From an uncultured bacterium (GTDB lineage: Bacteria; Acidobacteriota; HRBIN11; JAKEFK01): a DNA stretch of 64,000 bases. A program made the position numbers and the translations under genes. Positions 12,691-23,243 of the stretch are shown in pieces. The notes under the pieces were generated by a model. It was not told the DNA's origin. It was given only the letters and a program-made list of their open reading frames with translations, and searched no databases. The stretch is taken from contig CAVZQN010000005.1 of the NCBI GenBank assembly GCA_963777505.1, positions 81,321 to 145,320 of the forward strand, written 5' to 3'. Within the stretch, counting starts at the first letter, position 1, and the number at the start of each line of letters is the position of its first letter.

Positions 12691-13092
12691 GTGAACTTTC
12701 CATTAGTCTCTAACAGACAAATTTTATTCCTAATACTCTCTTCTTTGCTTTATTCACTGTCTATTTATGCTGATTCTCAATTAGGAAAGACAGTGGTCCA
12801 ATTGAAAGAAGGAGAAAGTGCGTTCGTTCCTGGAACAGAGATCAAAATTGTTGTTAAATCTGTGATCGACTTAACATCTTCGGGATGCATGGGGGGGCCG
12901 ATTGGTTGCCGCGATCAAGTAACAATCGAGATTCAGTCCAGTAAGGACAACAGGCTGGAGGTAGTTCTTGAGACTGCCAAAACTGTGGATCAAAAAAAGC
13001 GAAAGATCGACCAAACATCCATTCACGGGAAAACGATTCGTTTGATTCGTCTCAACAAAAAGGAAGTAGAACTTGTTGTGGAGAATCCTTAA
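12691..13092 (+). CDS. Secreted hypothetical protein
   Basis: Hydrophobic N-terminus, L..GESA motif and a Cys pair; co-oriented with its neighbours. Confidence 0.55.
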   Translation: MNFPLVSNRQILFLILSSLLYSLSIYADSQLGKTVVQLKEGESAFVPGTEIKIVVKSVIDLTSSGCMGGPIGCRDQVTIEIQSSKDNRLEVVLETAKTVDQKKRKIDQTSIHGKTIRLIRLNKKEVELVVENP

Positions 13093-13168
13093 GGGATGAA
13101 ACGAACCATTGACTCCTGAGATGCGTATCACAAAAAAATTCAAAACCCATCATAAGGAGGGGCTTTTG

Positions 13169-16100
13169 ATGAAAAAGACTCCAGGTATTTCTCTCATCGT
13201 GCTATTGATGATTTTTATCAGTGGCGCACTTTTCAATCTCAACGCTGAATCCAAGAAGAAAGATAAACCCGCCGCGAAAGATTCAATGCGGTACTACTAC
13301 GATAATAAAGCTGTATTTGAAAAATTATCGGGAGCCGCACAATCGGCATTAATCCGTGCATACGGACCCAAAAAGGGAGTAGGTACTTTAGGAACACCGA
13401 AAGAGAATCCTAAAGGTAAACTGAATCCAACAGCTCCGAATGCCGTAATTGTGAATGTACCGGTAAATAATCCTGCATTGGATTTAACGGCTCAGAATAC
13501 TCAGAGCGAAACCAGTATTGTTCTCGCTGATGGCAACATAGTTGTTGGCTACAACGATTCCGGTGAATGTACTAATCTTTGTGCTGCAGACGAACATTTT
13601 ACCGGATTTTCGTATTCGACAAATGGCGGTACATCTTTTGTTGATGGAGGCGCGCTTCCGGATGATCCTGTTGCTAATTTCGGAGATGTAGGCGATCCCG
13701 TTCTTGGGTACGACGTTACAAATGATATTGTTCATTTCTCAGCACTGGGTATGAATTTTCCTACAGGAGATGGACCCAGCTTAAAGTGTTTTCGATCTAC
13801 AGATGGTGGGATCACATGGTCTACGCGAGTTGATTGTACACCTGGATTTGCGGCCACCGATTTTCAGGATAAGCAGTGGATAGCCGTAGACAATTTTGCC
13901 GGTGCAGGACAAGGAAATGTCTACCAGGTATGGCGGCAATTCTCCGGCTCAAACCCACAAGGGATCCGATTTGTCCGTTCAACAGATGGAGGCCTGACAT
14001 GGGGACCTTCACCTGGTACTTTAATTGCAAATCAGGGCTCTTTTAACGTTCAAGGTGCTTTTGTTGCTGTAGGACCTGATCATGCAGTTTATGTTTTTTG
14101 GCTAGATCAAAGTGCTGGTAGCGGTACCGCTCACATACTGAAAGGTAGAAAGTCGACTGATCAAGGTGTTACGTGGAGTGCAGCGGCCAATATGTACACC
14201 TTCACAAATACACTTACAAACGGAAACCTGAATCTAACTGGCGGTTTCCGATCGAATTGTTTCCCGCACGCTGTTGTTATTCCGGCAGGAACGAATGCGA
14301 ATACTATCGTGCTTACATTTAATGACAATGATTCAGTGAATGGAGATCCTGATATCTATTCTGTGGAATGTGACGCAGGGGATATTACGACTTGTGCTGG
14401 GAAGGTTCAAGTCAACACTGAGTCAGTCAATAATCAACAATTCATGCCCACGCTTGCGACTACACCAGATGGAGGCGCTACGTTTTTCACCTGGTATGAC
14501 CGTAAGAATGATCCAGGTAATATGCTCATTGAAAGATTCGGTAGGATTTTTAGTGGCGGCGGAAGTACTGTCGACTTTGTAATGAGTGACAATCCGTTTT
14601 TGCCTGTTTTCGGATCGGATCCGGTCGTCAATTCAACTTACATGGGTGATTACGATCACGCAGTTGCTGATAACGCCTTTTTCTACGCATCGTTTTTGGA
14701 TACGGAGGAAGGAAGCCAGGATGTTGTCTTTGCAAAGGTTCCTAGGACCGGTCCTGGAACGATTTTAAGTCGTGGTGCCGTCACAATCGATGATAGCGGC
14801 GGCAACAATAATGGAACTGTCGAGTTCAACGAATGCTTGACGATGAATGTTGCTTTAAATAATTTCGGCACAAGCACCGCTACCGGTGTGAATGCGACGT
14901 TGAGTACAACGACACCGGGTGTAACAGTTACAAATGCCGTCTCAGCGTATCCCAACATTGCCATTGGCGGAACTCAAACAAACTCCACTCCTTTCCAATT
15001 TGAAACATCACCAAGTTTCGCCTGCGGTACGCCGATTGAATTCACTTTAAATGTCACTACCAGTTCATCCGATCCGAGTGGAGGTGCTTCATTTAGCTTC
15101 ACATTTACGATACCTACTGGTTTGGGAACTCCAGTGCCATTCGATAACAATACAGTCACACCTTTAGTTGATGCCGGGACCGTAAATATTCCATTTAATG
15201 TAAGTGGATTCACAGGAGCTATTGGCAAGGTGACATTCTCTTTCCACACTACACATACATGGGACGGAGATTTAGATATTACGCTGATCGCCCCCGATGG
15301 AACCGAAGTAGACTTAACAACGGATAATGGTGGCAGTCTAAATAACTTCGGTTCAAACTGTTCAAGCCGCACCGTTTTTGATGACGCGGCGGCAGCATCG
15401 ATTACCGCTGCTTCTCCACCGTACGTCGGTACGTTCCGGCCGGAAGAAGCGCTCACAGGCTTTGACGGGTTATCCGGAACTGATGTGAATGGCACATGGA
15501 TGCTGCGGATTACGGATGATACATCTGTTGATACCGGCAGTTTCCAATGCGGTTCACTGTTCTTGACTCCATTGACTTGTACAGATGGAGGTGGCGCTTG
15601 TGGTGGCGGCGGTTGTGCGGATCCACCCGTAATTACAACAACAACTTTGCCAGATGGAACTGATGGCGTTGCATATAGTCAGACGGTGCAAGCTACAGAC
15701 GGAACTCCGCCATACACCTGGTCTATAAGCGCAGGTACTCTGCCTACCGGACTGACTCTTAACACATCGACGGGTGAAATTTCAGGTACGCCTACCGCTA
15801 CTGGTACATTCAACTTCACTGTGATGGTCACTGATACAGTTGCAGGCTGCGAAGATACGCAGGCTCTCAGTATCACGATCGATCCTGCGGCAGCTTGTTC
15901 ATATGAGGAACTGTTCAGTGATGGTACGTTGACCTACCTCGAATTGAATCCGGAAGTAACAGAGGCGAATGACTTTTTGAATTTGGATCCAACAAAGAAA
16001 AAAGCCTACGCAACCTCTGGTACCGATTTTACGGCTCAGCAAAATGGAACGATTACAGCCGAGGTACAATTCGCATCAGGCGGCGAACTCAAATCAAAAG

Positions 16101-16408
16101 CTTTCATGTTCACAAATTGGGTAAGCAAGAAACTGAATGTTGAGATTTCGCTCAATCCGCAAAGAGGTAAGGTGATTGCGAAACAGAGATCCACTTTTGT
16201 TCTTGCCAAAGAGAGAGCAGACTTCACCTTTGCTTTTGATACTGTGTATACAGTGGCTGTAAATTACGATGGAACCGATGTTGAAGTGTCAATTGACGGT
16301 ACTCCTGTTCTGACACTAACACCTGTTGGAACCATCCAATCAGGGATCATCGGATTTGCATCCAGAGGCATGACTACGATGGTAGATCGGGTCTGTGCGA
16401 CTCCGTAG
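13169..16408 (+). CDS. Large secreted multidomain protein: Asp-box (sialidase-like) propeller, proprotein-convertase P domain, putative Ig domain, C-terminal beta domain
   Basis: RBS TAAGGAGG; signal peptide; Asp-boxes STNGGTSF, STDGGITW, STDGGLTW, STDQGVTW; HTWDGDLDITLIAPDGT and NGTWMLRITD (P domain); LPTGLTLNTSTGEISGTPT (Ig). Confidence 0.85.
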   Translation: MKKTPGISLIVLLMIFISGALFNLNAESKKKDKPAAKDSMRYYYDNKAVFEKLSGAAQSALIRAYGPKKGVGTLGTPKENPKGKLNPTAPNAVIVNVPVNNPALDLTAQNTQSETSIVLADGNIVVGYNDSGECTNLCAADEHFTGFSYSTNGGTSFVDGGALPDDPVANFGDVGDPVLGYDVTNDIVHFSALGMNFPTGDGPSLKCFRSTDGGITWSTRVDCTPGFAATDFQDKQWIAVDNFAGAGQGNVYQVWRQFSGSNPQGIRFVRSTDGGLTWGPSPGTLIANQGSFNVQGAFVAVGPDHAVYVFWLDQSAGSGTAHILKGRKSTDQGVTWSAAANMYTFTNTLTNGNLNLTGGFRSNCFPHAVVIPAGTNANTIVLTFNDNDSVNGDPDIYSVECDAGDITTCAGKVQVNTESVNNQQFMPTLATTPDGGATFFTWYDRKNDPGNMLIERFGRIFSGGGSTVDFVMSDNPFLPVFGSDPVVNSTYMGDYDHAVADNAFFYASFLDTEEGSQDVVFAKVPRTGPGTILSRGAVTIDDSGGNNNGTVEFNECLTMNVALNNFGTSTATGVNATLSTTTPGVTVTNAVSAYPNIAIGGTQTNSTPFQFETSPSFACGTPIEFTLNVTTSSSDPSGGASFSFTFTIPTGLGTPVPFDNNTVTPLVDAGTVNIPFNVSGFTGAIGKVTFSFHTTHTWDGDLDITLIAPDGTEVDLTTDNGGSLNNFGSNCSSRTVFDDAAAASITAASPPYVGTFRPEEALTGFDGLSGTDVNGTWMLRITDDTSVDTGSFQCGSLFLTPLTCTDGGGACGGGGCADPPVITTTTLPDGTDGVAYSQTVQATDGTPPYTWSISAGTLPTGLTLNTSTGEISGTPTATGTFNFTVMVTDTVAGCEDTQALSITIDPAAACSYEELFSDGTLTYLELNPEVTEANDFLNLDPTKKKAYATSGTDFTAQQNGTITAEVQFASGGELKSKAFMFTNWVSKKLNVEISLNPQRGKVIAKQRSTFVLAKERADFTFAFDTVYTVAVNYDGTDVEVSIDGTPVLTLTPVGTIQSGIIGFASRGMTTMVDRVCATP

Positions 16409-17411
16409 AATTTTGTTCTATTGAATTTTGGGGCGGCGATTTTCGTCGCCCCTTTTGTTTTTCTGTGTCTTTATGGCTAAGAGCTACATCCAGCACTAAC
16501 GGAAGATGATCTGATCCGATACTTGTACCTGTTTGAAAATTCAGAATTTTTACATTCGAACTCACAAGAAAATGGTCAATCGGAATCATTACTAATGGCA
16601 TATGTGTTGGCCAGGTAGGCACAAGTCCGAATCCAGTCCGTGCATCTTTCAGGTGAGTCTCCTTCACAAACTTCGTATAGTACGGTGACCAAATCGACAT
16701 ATTAAAATCACCGGCAACAATGACATAACCCTCCGTCGAACGAATAATGGAACCGAATTCGCTCAAATCCTTATTCCGGTTTTCAAATCTCCATGCGCTC
16801 GTTGGCGTAAATAAGTGCGTGTTCAGTACTGTTACTTTTCGACCTTTTAGCTTAATTTCCGCCCGGAGGTAAGGAACACTAAAGTTACTAGATTCAAATT
16901 TGCTGATTGGATAACGGCTTAATATTGCAATGCCGTGAATATTCCTGTTTGGTTGATATCGCACATGAGGATATTGCGAACGCAAAATTCTGAGTTGTTG
17001 CAAGCTTTGCGTTGTTGCTTCCTGTAGGACAACCACGTCTGCATTCGAATTCCCTATAAAATCAATAATGCGATCATAATGTTTGTTCCTGAAATAAAGA
17101 TTGGATGACACAATCCGAAGTTTATGATTGTCTGAATATTCAGGCGTTTCCGCAGTGCTCACATAATAAGGAGCGATCACGAATGCATTCAAAAGAAGCG
17201 ACAGGATCGAAACGCTAAGATATTTCCATGAGCGCAGAAAAATAAATACAGAAGTCAGTAAGACTCCAACAAGTAAATATTGAAGCCTGAAATGACAGCT
17301 TAACTCGAAATATCTATTTAGATTTCCAAGAAAACTCGTAATGCTGAAAAACAGCAATGAAAGTGCGGCTATCCGAAGTCCCCAAAGCCTGAGTTTCAAA
17401 TAGTTTCGCAC
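16374..17411 (-). CDS. Endonuclease/exonuclease/phosphatase (EEP) family membrane-anchored protein
   Basis: N-terminal TM helices with ELSCHFRLQY; SSN, DVVVLQE, NTH, VAGDFN, IDH and GSDHLP motifs. The last ~30 aa run through a repeat and the terminator. Confidence 0.88.
   Translation of the reverse strand: MRNYLKLRLWGLRIAALSLLFFSITSFLGNLNRYFELSCHFRLQYLLVGVLLTSVFIFLRSWKYLSVSILSLLLNAFVIAPYYVSTAETPEYSDNHKLRIVSSNLYFRNKHYDRIIDFIGNSNADVVVLQEATTQSLQQLRILRSQYPHVRYQPNRNIHGIAILSRYPISKFESSNFSVPYLRAEIKLKGRKVTVLNTHLFTPTSAWRFENRNKDLSEFGSIIRSTEGYVIVAGDFNMSIWSPYYTKFVKETHLKDARTGFGLVPTWPTHMPLVMIPIDHFLVSSNVKILNFQTGTSIGSDHLPLVLDVALSHKDTEKQKGRRKSPPQNSIEQNSTESHRPDLPS
16430..16462 (+). terminator. Intrinsic terminator after the large secreted protein
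   Basis: Hairpin GGGGCGGCGA-TTT-TCGTCGCCCC followed by TTTTGTTTTT. Confidence 0.8.
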
Positions 17412-17646
17412 CTCTAATGTAGGACACTGCCTCGCCGAAATTATCCAAGAAGCATGCCAGTAGAGTTCCTTCTCGCAAATTCACATTGATGTTCCTGAAA
17501 TCTGTTTCGGGATTCTGAGTGTGTGTCAAAATGTCGTCATTTTGAACCTTCCATTGTTCTTTTTCAAAGCCGGCCGTCTAGCTGAGGATGGAGTTCCCTA
17601 TGTTTTGTTTCGTACTGACCGCAGAGACGCAGAGTATTTTTACGGA

Positions 17647-20000
17647 TTAATCGACCGGAAGGTTCAATTGTTTCAAAAACACCGGCCAGCGTGGATCGTC
17701 TTGAAGATTTTGAAGCAGGGGATCGCCTTTTATTTCTGTAACGCCGCCATCACGATTCTTGTAGGCGAGTTCTAACCATTCAAACGCTTTGTCCTTTTCT
17801 CCGCGAAAGGCGTAAATTTCTGCAACCTGAAAATAAACATCATCAGAAAATGTTTCGATGAATTCATTTAACGTAGCATCGGCTTCCTTTTTCTTTCCTA
17901 CGGCATGATAGTAAAGTGCCAGTGCTTGAGTTCGCCAAAAAGGTTCGGCCTCCATCTGTATTTCGGTAAAAGCTTTTTCATGTTGCGATTGAAGAAGATA
18001 AATCGTTCCTAATGTGGAGTGCACTGCTGGAGCTTGTGGGCTTAATTCGAGGGCTTTTCGGAATGCAGCCTCCGCTTCATTAAACCGTTTTGCGTAATAC
18101 AAATGTATACCCAGGTTACTGTATGTGGCCGATTGCAAAGGGTCCAGTTCGATTGCGCGACGTCCGAGTGAAATCGCTTCATCCAAACGTCCCATAATTG
18201 CTGCCAGGAGTGCTGCCGTACGCATGGCAAGCGGATTTTCAGGTTCCAACTCCAGTCCGCGCTTGCAAGCTTCACTTGCAGCAGTCCAATCCCAAACATA
18301 ACTCATCTGAACATGTGCCATTTGTGCATGAGCTTCAGCCAAGTTTGGATCGAGTTGCAATGCCTTCTCGACCGTTTTTAGTGCTTTCTCTTGAAGCATT
18401 TTCGGTACGTTGCTAACATTCTGTAGACTGCGATAGGTTCTGGACAATCCAACCCAGGCCGGAGCGTAGTTCGAATCGATCTTTAGCGCTTGCTCAAAAT
18501 AGCCGACCGCTTTTTCCAAATTCTCCCTTGTGCGTCGCTCTAGAAAGTACTGCCCCTGCAAATATGCATTGTATGCTTCAACACGGGTCTGTTTTGTTTT
18601 GAGATTTTGGTCTCCATGGAGCGTCGCTTTTAATGCTTCTGACACCGATGCAGCAATTTCATCCTGAACGGCAAAAACGTTCTCCATCTGACGGTCATAT
18701 GTTTGTGACCATAGATGCGAATCGGATGATACTTCAATTAATTGAGCGGTGATCCGCAATTGATTTCCTGATTTGCGAACACTTCCCTCCAGAACGTGCG
18801 TGACTTTCAGCTTTTCAGCGATCGTCTTCATGTCCGTTTTTGTTCCCTTAAATGAGAACGCAGAAGTGCGGGAAGTTACCTGAAGCTTTGGGTTTTTTGC
18901 CAGCACATTAAGCAACTCTTCGGATAGTCCATCGGAAAAATATTCTTGTTCTTTGTCTGGACTCATGTTCGTAAATGGCAAAACTACGATCGCCGTCTTT
19001 GTTGTTGTTGGCGAGTTGACGGGTTTTGAATCACGACGAAAGTACAGGATGGAAGCGATCAATAGTACTACAAAGATAGTACTAACAGGAATCCAAAGGC
19101 TCATCTTTTGTGGGGCGCGGGGCAGTGAGTCAGTGGTTGAAACATGCATTGTATTCCGTTTCAGCCGTTGCAAATCGGTCCGCATCTCCGCAGCACTCTG
19201 GTAGCGTAAAGTCCGATCCTTTTCGAGCGCTTTTGCGATGATCCGTTCCAGGTCTGCCGGTACTTTTGAATTCCAACGAATAGGCGCAATTGGCTCTTTA
19301 GTGAAAATTAATTCCAGAGTTTCTCCGGTTGTTTTGCCTTCAAACGGAAGTTTGCCCGTTGCCATTTCGTAAAGCACAATTCCAAAGGAAAGAGATCGGA
19401 GCGCGGATCGAGTTCCTGTCCACGGGCTTGTTCAGGTGACATATAGGACACCGTACCCATTGTCGATCCACTTTTCGTCAGTTGTTCCAGCGCGCTGGCT
19501 GTTGGTATTTCAGTTTCGGTTGGTAGCAGACCCGATTGTTTGGCCAATCCAAAATCGAGGAGCTTTCCTTGTCCCCGTTCTGTCACAAAAATATTTGCCG
19601 GTTTTATGTCTCGATGAATGATGTGTTCCGCATGTGCCGCATCAAGTGCATCTGCAATTTGGGATCCGATTTCAAGGATCTGATCGATTTCCATTGAACT
19701 TCCGTTGATCGCATGTTTTAAGGTTTTGCCTTTCATCATTTCCATTGCGATGAACGGACGTCCCTCGTGTTCGCCGACCTCATGGATGGTGCAAATGTTT
19801 GGATGATTTAATGCGGATGCCGATTGAGCTTCTCTACGGAAACGCTCCAGAGCTTCTGGGGTTGCGACTAAATCCTCGGGTAAGAACTTCAAAGCAACAT
19901 GACGTTTGAGGTTCAAATCCTCTGCTTCATATACCACGCCCATACCGCCACCGCCAAGCTTATTTAAAATGCGGTAATGTGAAACTGTCTCCCCGATCAC
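17647..20000 (-). CDS. Hanks-type Ser/Thr kinase, TM, TolB-like domain and TPR (copy 1); apparent 1-nt deletion near 19387
   Basis: [31 protein letters not shown]; DLFP should read DLFSFG; [21 protein letters not shown] (TolB-like); TPR repeats. Confidence 0.88.
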
Positions 20001-20143
20001 AAATTCATCACGCTGCTAAAATTCAAAGCTATCATTGTATAGCACGATACGGAATTGTGAAGGTAGTGAAAAACTTGACACAGCGAATCGGTGTTAAGAT
20101 CAAAAGTAATTGAATTGTCGCAACTCAAACGGAATAGTAGCAT

Positions 20144-20644
20144 ATGCCTGACACACAAGACCAACGTTTACTTGAGGCTCTGCTGGATTCCTGGGACCGT
20201 AACAACATCATTCTGATCAACCTGCTTCGCTCGCTGCCTGAAGGCGGATTGGATGCGAAAGCGATGGCGGACAGCCCATCCGTTTCGGAGATGTTCACAC
20301 ACATCTACCATGAACGAATGGTGTCTGTCTTTGAGGAAGCGCCCGAGTTCGCGGGAAAGGTGCCGGAGAAAGAATGGGTAGTTGAGAGTGACCGTGATCG
20401 CATCAGGCAAATGCTGAACGAAAGCGCCAAAAGAGTGCGAGATGCAGTAAAGAGCAGGGTAGAAACTGGCCGTGATATGAATCTTAACTACGACCATCCG
20501 ATTCTTCTGATCCAGCTGTTGATCTTTCACGAATCCTACCATCACGGTCAGATCAAGCTCGCTCTCAAAATTGCAGGATGCCCGGTGACCAACGATGAAG
20601 CCGGGCCGCTAACGTGGGACGTTTGGAGACGTAAGAATGGATAA
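20144..20644 (+). CDS. DinB/YfiT-like family protein
   Basis: SVSEMFTHI and IFHESYHHGQIKLALK His motif. Confidence 0.88.
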   Translation: MPDTQDQRLLEALLDSWDRNNIILINLLRSLPEGGLDAKAMADSPSVSEMFTHIYHERMVSVFEEAPEFAGKVPEKEWVVESDRDRIRQMLNESAKRVRDAVKSRVETGRDMNLNYDHPILLIQLLIFHESYHHGQIKLALKIAGCPVTNDEAGPLTWDVWRRKNG

Positions 20645-20986
20645 TCGATACGTTTCGGCCTGTCTCAGAAGCGAAAAAACAACGATGAAAAATTCGTAAT
20701 ACCGTTTGATGATCCGAATGTCACGTTTGTAGATTTTCATGAAAAAGAAAATGGATTCCGGTGAACTCAGCGGAAAAGTACGATCCGTGATTTTACTCAT
20801 GCAATCAATATATTTTTGAAGATCGAGAACCGCGATTTCTTTTTTTACGTTGATGAAACTGCATCGAATGAAATAATAAGTGTCATTATTTCTTCAAAAA
20901 CTTTTGTTCCAACAGAAAAAGGGTTAAACTTAGACCCGCGTCATCTGGGTATTTGTTTTACAAAAGTAACACACCAAAAAGATTAA
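20645..20986 (+). pseudogene. 5'-truncated remnant of a glycosylation-cluster protein C-terminal domain
   Basis: A single frame reads ...FVDFHEKENGFR*TQRKSTIR...SKTFVPTEKGLNLDPRHLGICFTKV...*. There is an in-frame TGA at 20762 where RWT is expected and no start codon; the stop abuts the next ATG. Confidence 0.55.
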
Positions 20987-21877
20987 ATGTTTCTATCAAA
21001 AGCTGAATCGACTTTAAAAGGTCTTATCAGTCCGCTTGGTCATCACAGGCTAAACAGGATGATGGAAGATGGTTTCCCTGAACATTTTAAGGAACCCTTG
21101 CAGTACCTGCTATCTTCAACTTCAGCTGAAATGGATCGTTCGATTGAAGAAAAGGTGACAAAGGTAGAAAAGATCCGCTCCGACATTTCTAGAAAAAGCG
21201 AACAGTATATAGTCGTTCGTTCTTCCGGCATTGATAAGGATATTAATTCGCAGGCAGTGAATCTTGTTCAAAGAAAATTAGGATGGTTGGTTGCGACTGC
21301 GAGCATCACAAAATACTGGGGTACTTTTTTGTATCTTTGTTCGAAAGCGACGAAGGCCGAGACGATCCTTGAGCTCGGTTCTTGCGTTGGGCTCTCGTCT
21401 TGCTATTTAGCTTCAGCCGAATCTTGTAAGAATTTCATTACGATTGAAGGGTCAGATGGTTTGGTCAGCTTGATTGAATCAAACCTTCGTCAAGTAACAA
21501 ACAATTTTAAGGTTGTCCATTCGTTGTTTGATTCAGGATTGGATCAAGTTCTTCCTTCATTGAATACTCGTCTTGATTTGGTTTTTATCGATGGAGATCA
21601 TACCAAGCCAGCGACATTACATTACTACCGAAGAGTCAAACCATTCTTGAAGCCTGGTTCGGTAATCCTGTTCGATGACATTCACTGGTCAAGAGGCATG
21701 CGGCATGCATGGCAAGAGATATGCGAATCTTCAGGATTGTTGTTCACTGTAAATCTCGGAAAGTTAGGGTTATGTATTTGGAATGGTCAAGAAAATAAGC
21801 CAACAAATTTTAATCTTTCAAAATTTACATTGGATTGGGGAAGGGGAGAAGGCTCAAAGTATCTTTCATGTTTTTGA
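20987..21877 (+). CDS. Class I SAM-dependent methyltransferase (Methyltransf_24-like)
   Basis: ILELGSCVGLS, TIEG, DLVFIDGDH and FDDIHWS.GM..AW motifs. Confidence 0.9.
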   Translation: MFLSKAESTLKGLISPLGHHRLNRMMEDGFPEHFKEPLQYLLSSTSAEMDRSIEEKVTKVEKIRSDISRKSEQYIVVRSSGIDKDINSQAVNLVQRKLGWLVATASITKYWGTFLYLCSKATKAETILELGSCVGLSSCYLASAESCKNFITIEGSDGLVSLIESNLRQVTNNFKVVHSLFDSGLDQVLPSLNTRLDLVFIDGDHTKPATLHYYRRVKPFLKPGSVILFDDIHWSRGMRHAWQEICESSGLLFTVNLGKLGLCIWNGQENKPTNFNLSKFTLDWGRGEGSKYLSCF

Positions 21878-21886
21878 TATCCTCAA

Positions 21887-21979
21887 ATGCTCGAACTTCC
21901 ATTTTTTTCAATTGTAATTCCTACCTATAGTCGCCCTTCACAATTAACAAAGTGTCCGTTATCCCCATACGCCGTTTGA
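21887..21979 (+). pseudogene. N-terminal fragment of a GT2 glycosyltransferase
   Basis: Translates as MLELPFFSIVIPTYSRPSQLTKC..., the canonical GT2 start S(I/V)VIPTYNR, and stops after 30 aa. Confidence 0.7.
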
Positions 21980-22129
21980 AGTCGTGGGCTAGCGCTCGTA
22001 GCATTCCAGTCGCATCGAACTGAACTCAACCGCCAAGTCGACAAGAAGACTTTTCGTTCACTGTCTTTGACATACGTCTTTGTTAGGGAAGTTGCATATT
22101 GAGCACTCAAAACTCAGGAGGTTTAGAAC

Positions 22130-22660
22130 ATGTCTAAGATAGGAAATTTACCGACAACGGATCCATTATGGATCGACCAAAGAATCATGGATGGCAAAGA
22201 ATTAACAACCGGCGAATCTCAGATCGCGAAGGATCAGACGAATGCGATGTCAAAAACCCTGGAGATCCTTGGTAAGCCAGTTGCGAAAGGAGATTACAAA
22301 GCTGCAAATGCAAAGGCAGCCGAGTTACAACAGCATTTTGAATCACTTTCACCGGACGTTAAAAAGAATCTGTATAACAACCTGCAATCCAAAACGGGAA
22401 GCGGCATTATCGACGGGACTCTCGCTGGACAATTCCGCTATTACCTTTCGACCGGACAAAGAGACAAGTTGTTAAAGACGCTTAATCCAGACCATCAAAA
22501 AGATCAGATCAAAAACTACACATTGAATGATGCTAAGGAAAAAGCAAGCAAAAGCCTTGAAATGAACATGCAAGGAACACAAAAGCAGAAAGAATTGGAA
22601 GAATCGATTAAAAGGTTAGGAGAAGAAAATAGAGGCATCATCAGTAATCTGCGGGGCTGA
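22130..22660 (+). CDS. Hypothetical helical protein without signal peptide
   Basis: RBS AGGAGG, 176-aa ORF, followed by a terminator. Confidence 0.75.
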   Translation: MSKIGNLPTTDPLWIDQRIMDGKELTTGESQIAKDQTNAMSKTLEILGKPVAKGDYKAANAKAAELQQHFESLSPDVKKNLYNNLQSKTGSGIIDGTLAGQFRYYLSTGQRDKLLKTLNPDHQKDQIKNYTLNDAKEKASKSLEMNMQGTQKQKELEESIKRLGEENRGIISNLRG

Positions 22661-22682
22661 ATTTATTATCTTCTACGTTCAT

Positions 22683-22739
22683 GAAGTATGATCCGGACGA
22701 ATGCTTACAGCAGGTTGTCCGGATCGTACTTCTTTTTTT
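22683..22739 (+). terminator. Intrinsic terminator between convergent genes
   Basis: Long stem GAAGTATGATCCGGAC / GTCCGGATCGTACTTC followed by a T7 tract. Confidence 0.75.
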
Positions 22740-22750
22740 AAGATGCCGTT

Positions 22751-23179
22751 CTAGTTAGTTCCCGATTTCCAGCTTTCTTTTTCAACTTTCCAGGTCTTGT
22801 CTTCAAGAATCATGTGAATCGTACCGGTTTGTTTCGCACCAGTTTCGTCTTTACCTTCCGCATTCAGGTTCGCATCTTTTGAAGTCATCGTTCCGCCAAT
22901 GACCTTAATGTCCTTCGGTTGAAGCGCCTGAATCATTGGAAGCATCTGTTTCATTTGTGGATCATCAAGCTCTTTCGCACGGGCTGCTGTAACCATTTTC
23001 TTGAGAGCTGCTACATCTCCAGATGCAAATGCTTTGGTATAGGTCATGTAAACTTTTCCGGGTTCGCCTCCATCTGCAGGCAATGTTGTCGGTTTTTCGG
23101 CAGTCGTTTCAGCCGCAAATGACAGCACCGGTGAAATAACGAACATCAACATGAAAAGAACACAAAATCTTTTTAGCAT
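22751..23179 (-). CDS. Secreted hypothetical protein, NTF2-like/DUF4878-like
   Basis: RBS GGAGG, signal peptide, AFASGD helix and G.I.MILED..WKV end. Confidence 0.7.
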   Translation of the reverse strand: MLKRFCVLFMLMFVISPVLSFAAETTAEKPTTLPADGGEPGKVYMTYTKAFASGDVAALKKMVTAARAKELDDPQMKQMLPMIQALQPKDIKVIGGTMTSKDANLNAEGKDETGAKQTGTIHMILEDKTWKVEKESWKSGTN

Positions 23180-23243
23180 AGAGTCCTCCCTTGTTAGCTG
23201 AGAATGCTAGCATGATTTTTAGGATTGTAAAGTTTTTGATGGT

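Noticed and set aside
20075-20100. TTGACA...TAAGAT as a sigma70 promoter for the DinB-family gene
   Set aside because: The spacer is only 14 nt.
20762-20764. In-frame TGA at a Trp position, suggesting genetic code 4 or 25
   Set aside because: Many intact genes here end in TGA and use TGG for Trp, so this is a nonsense change in a remnant.
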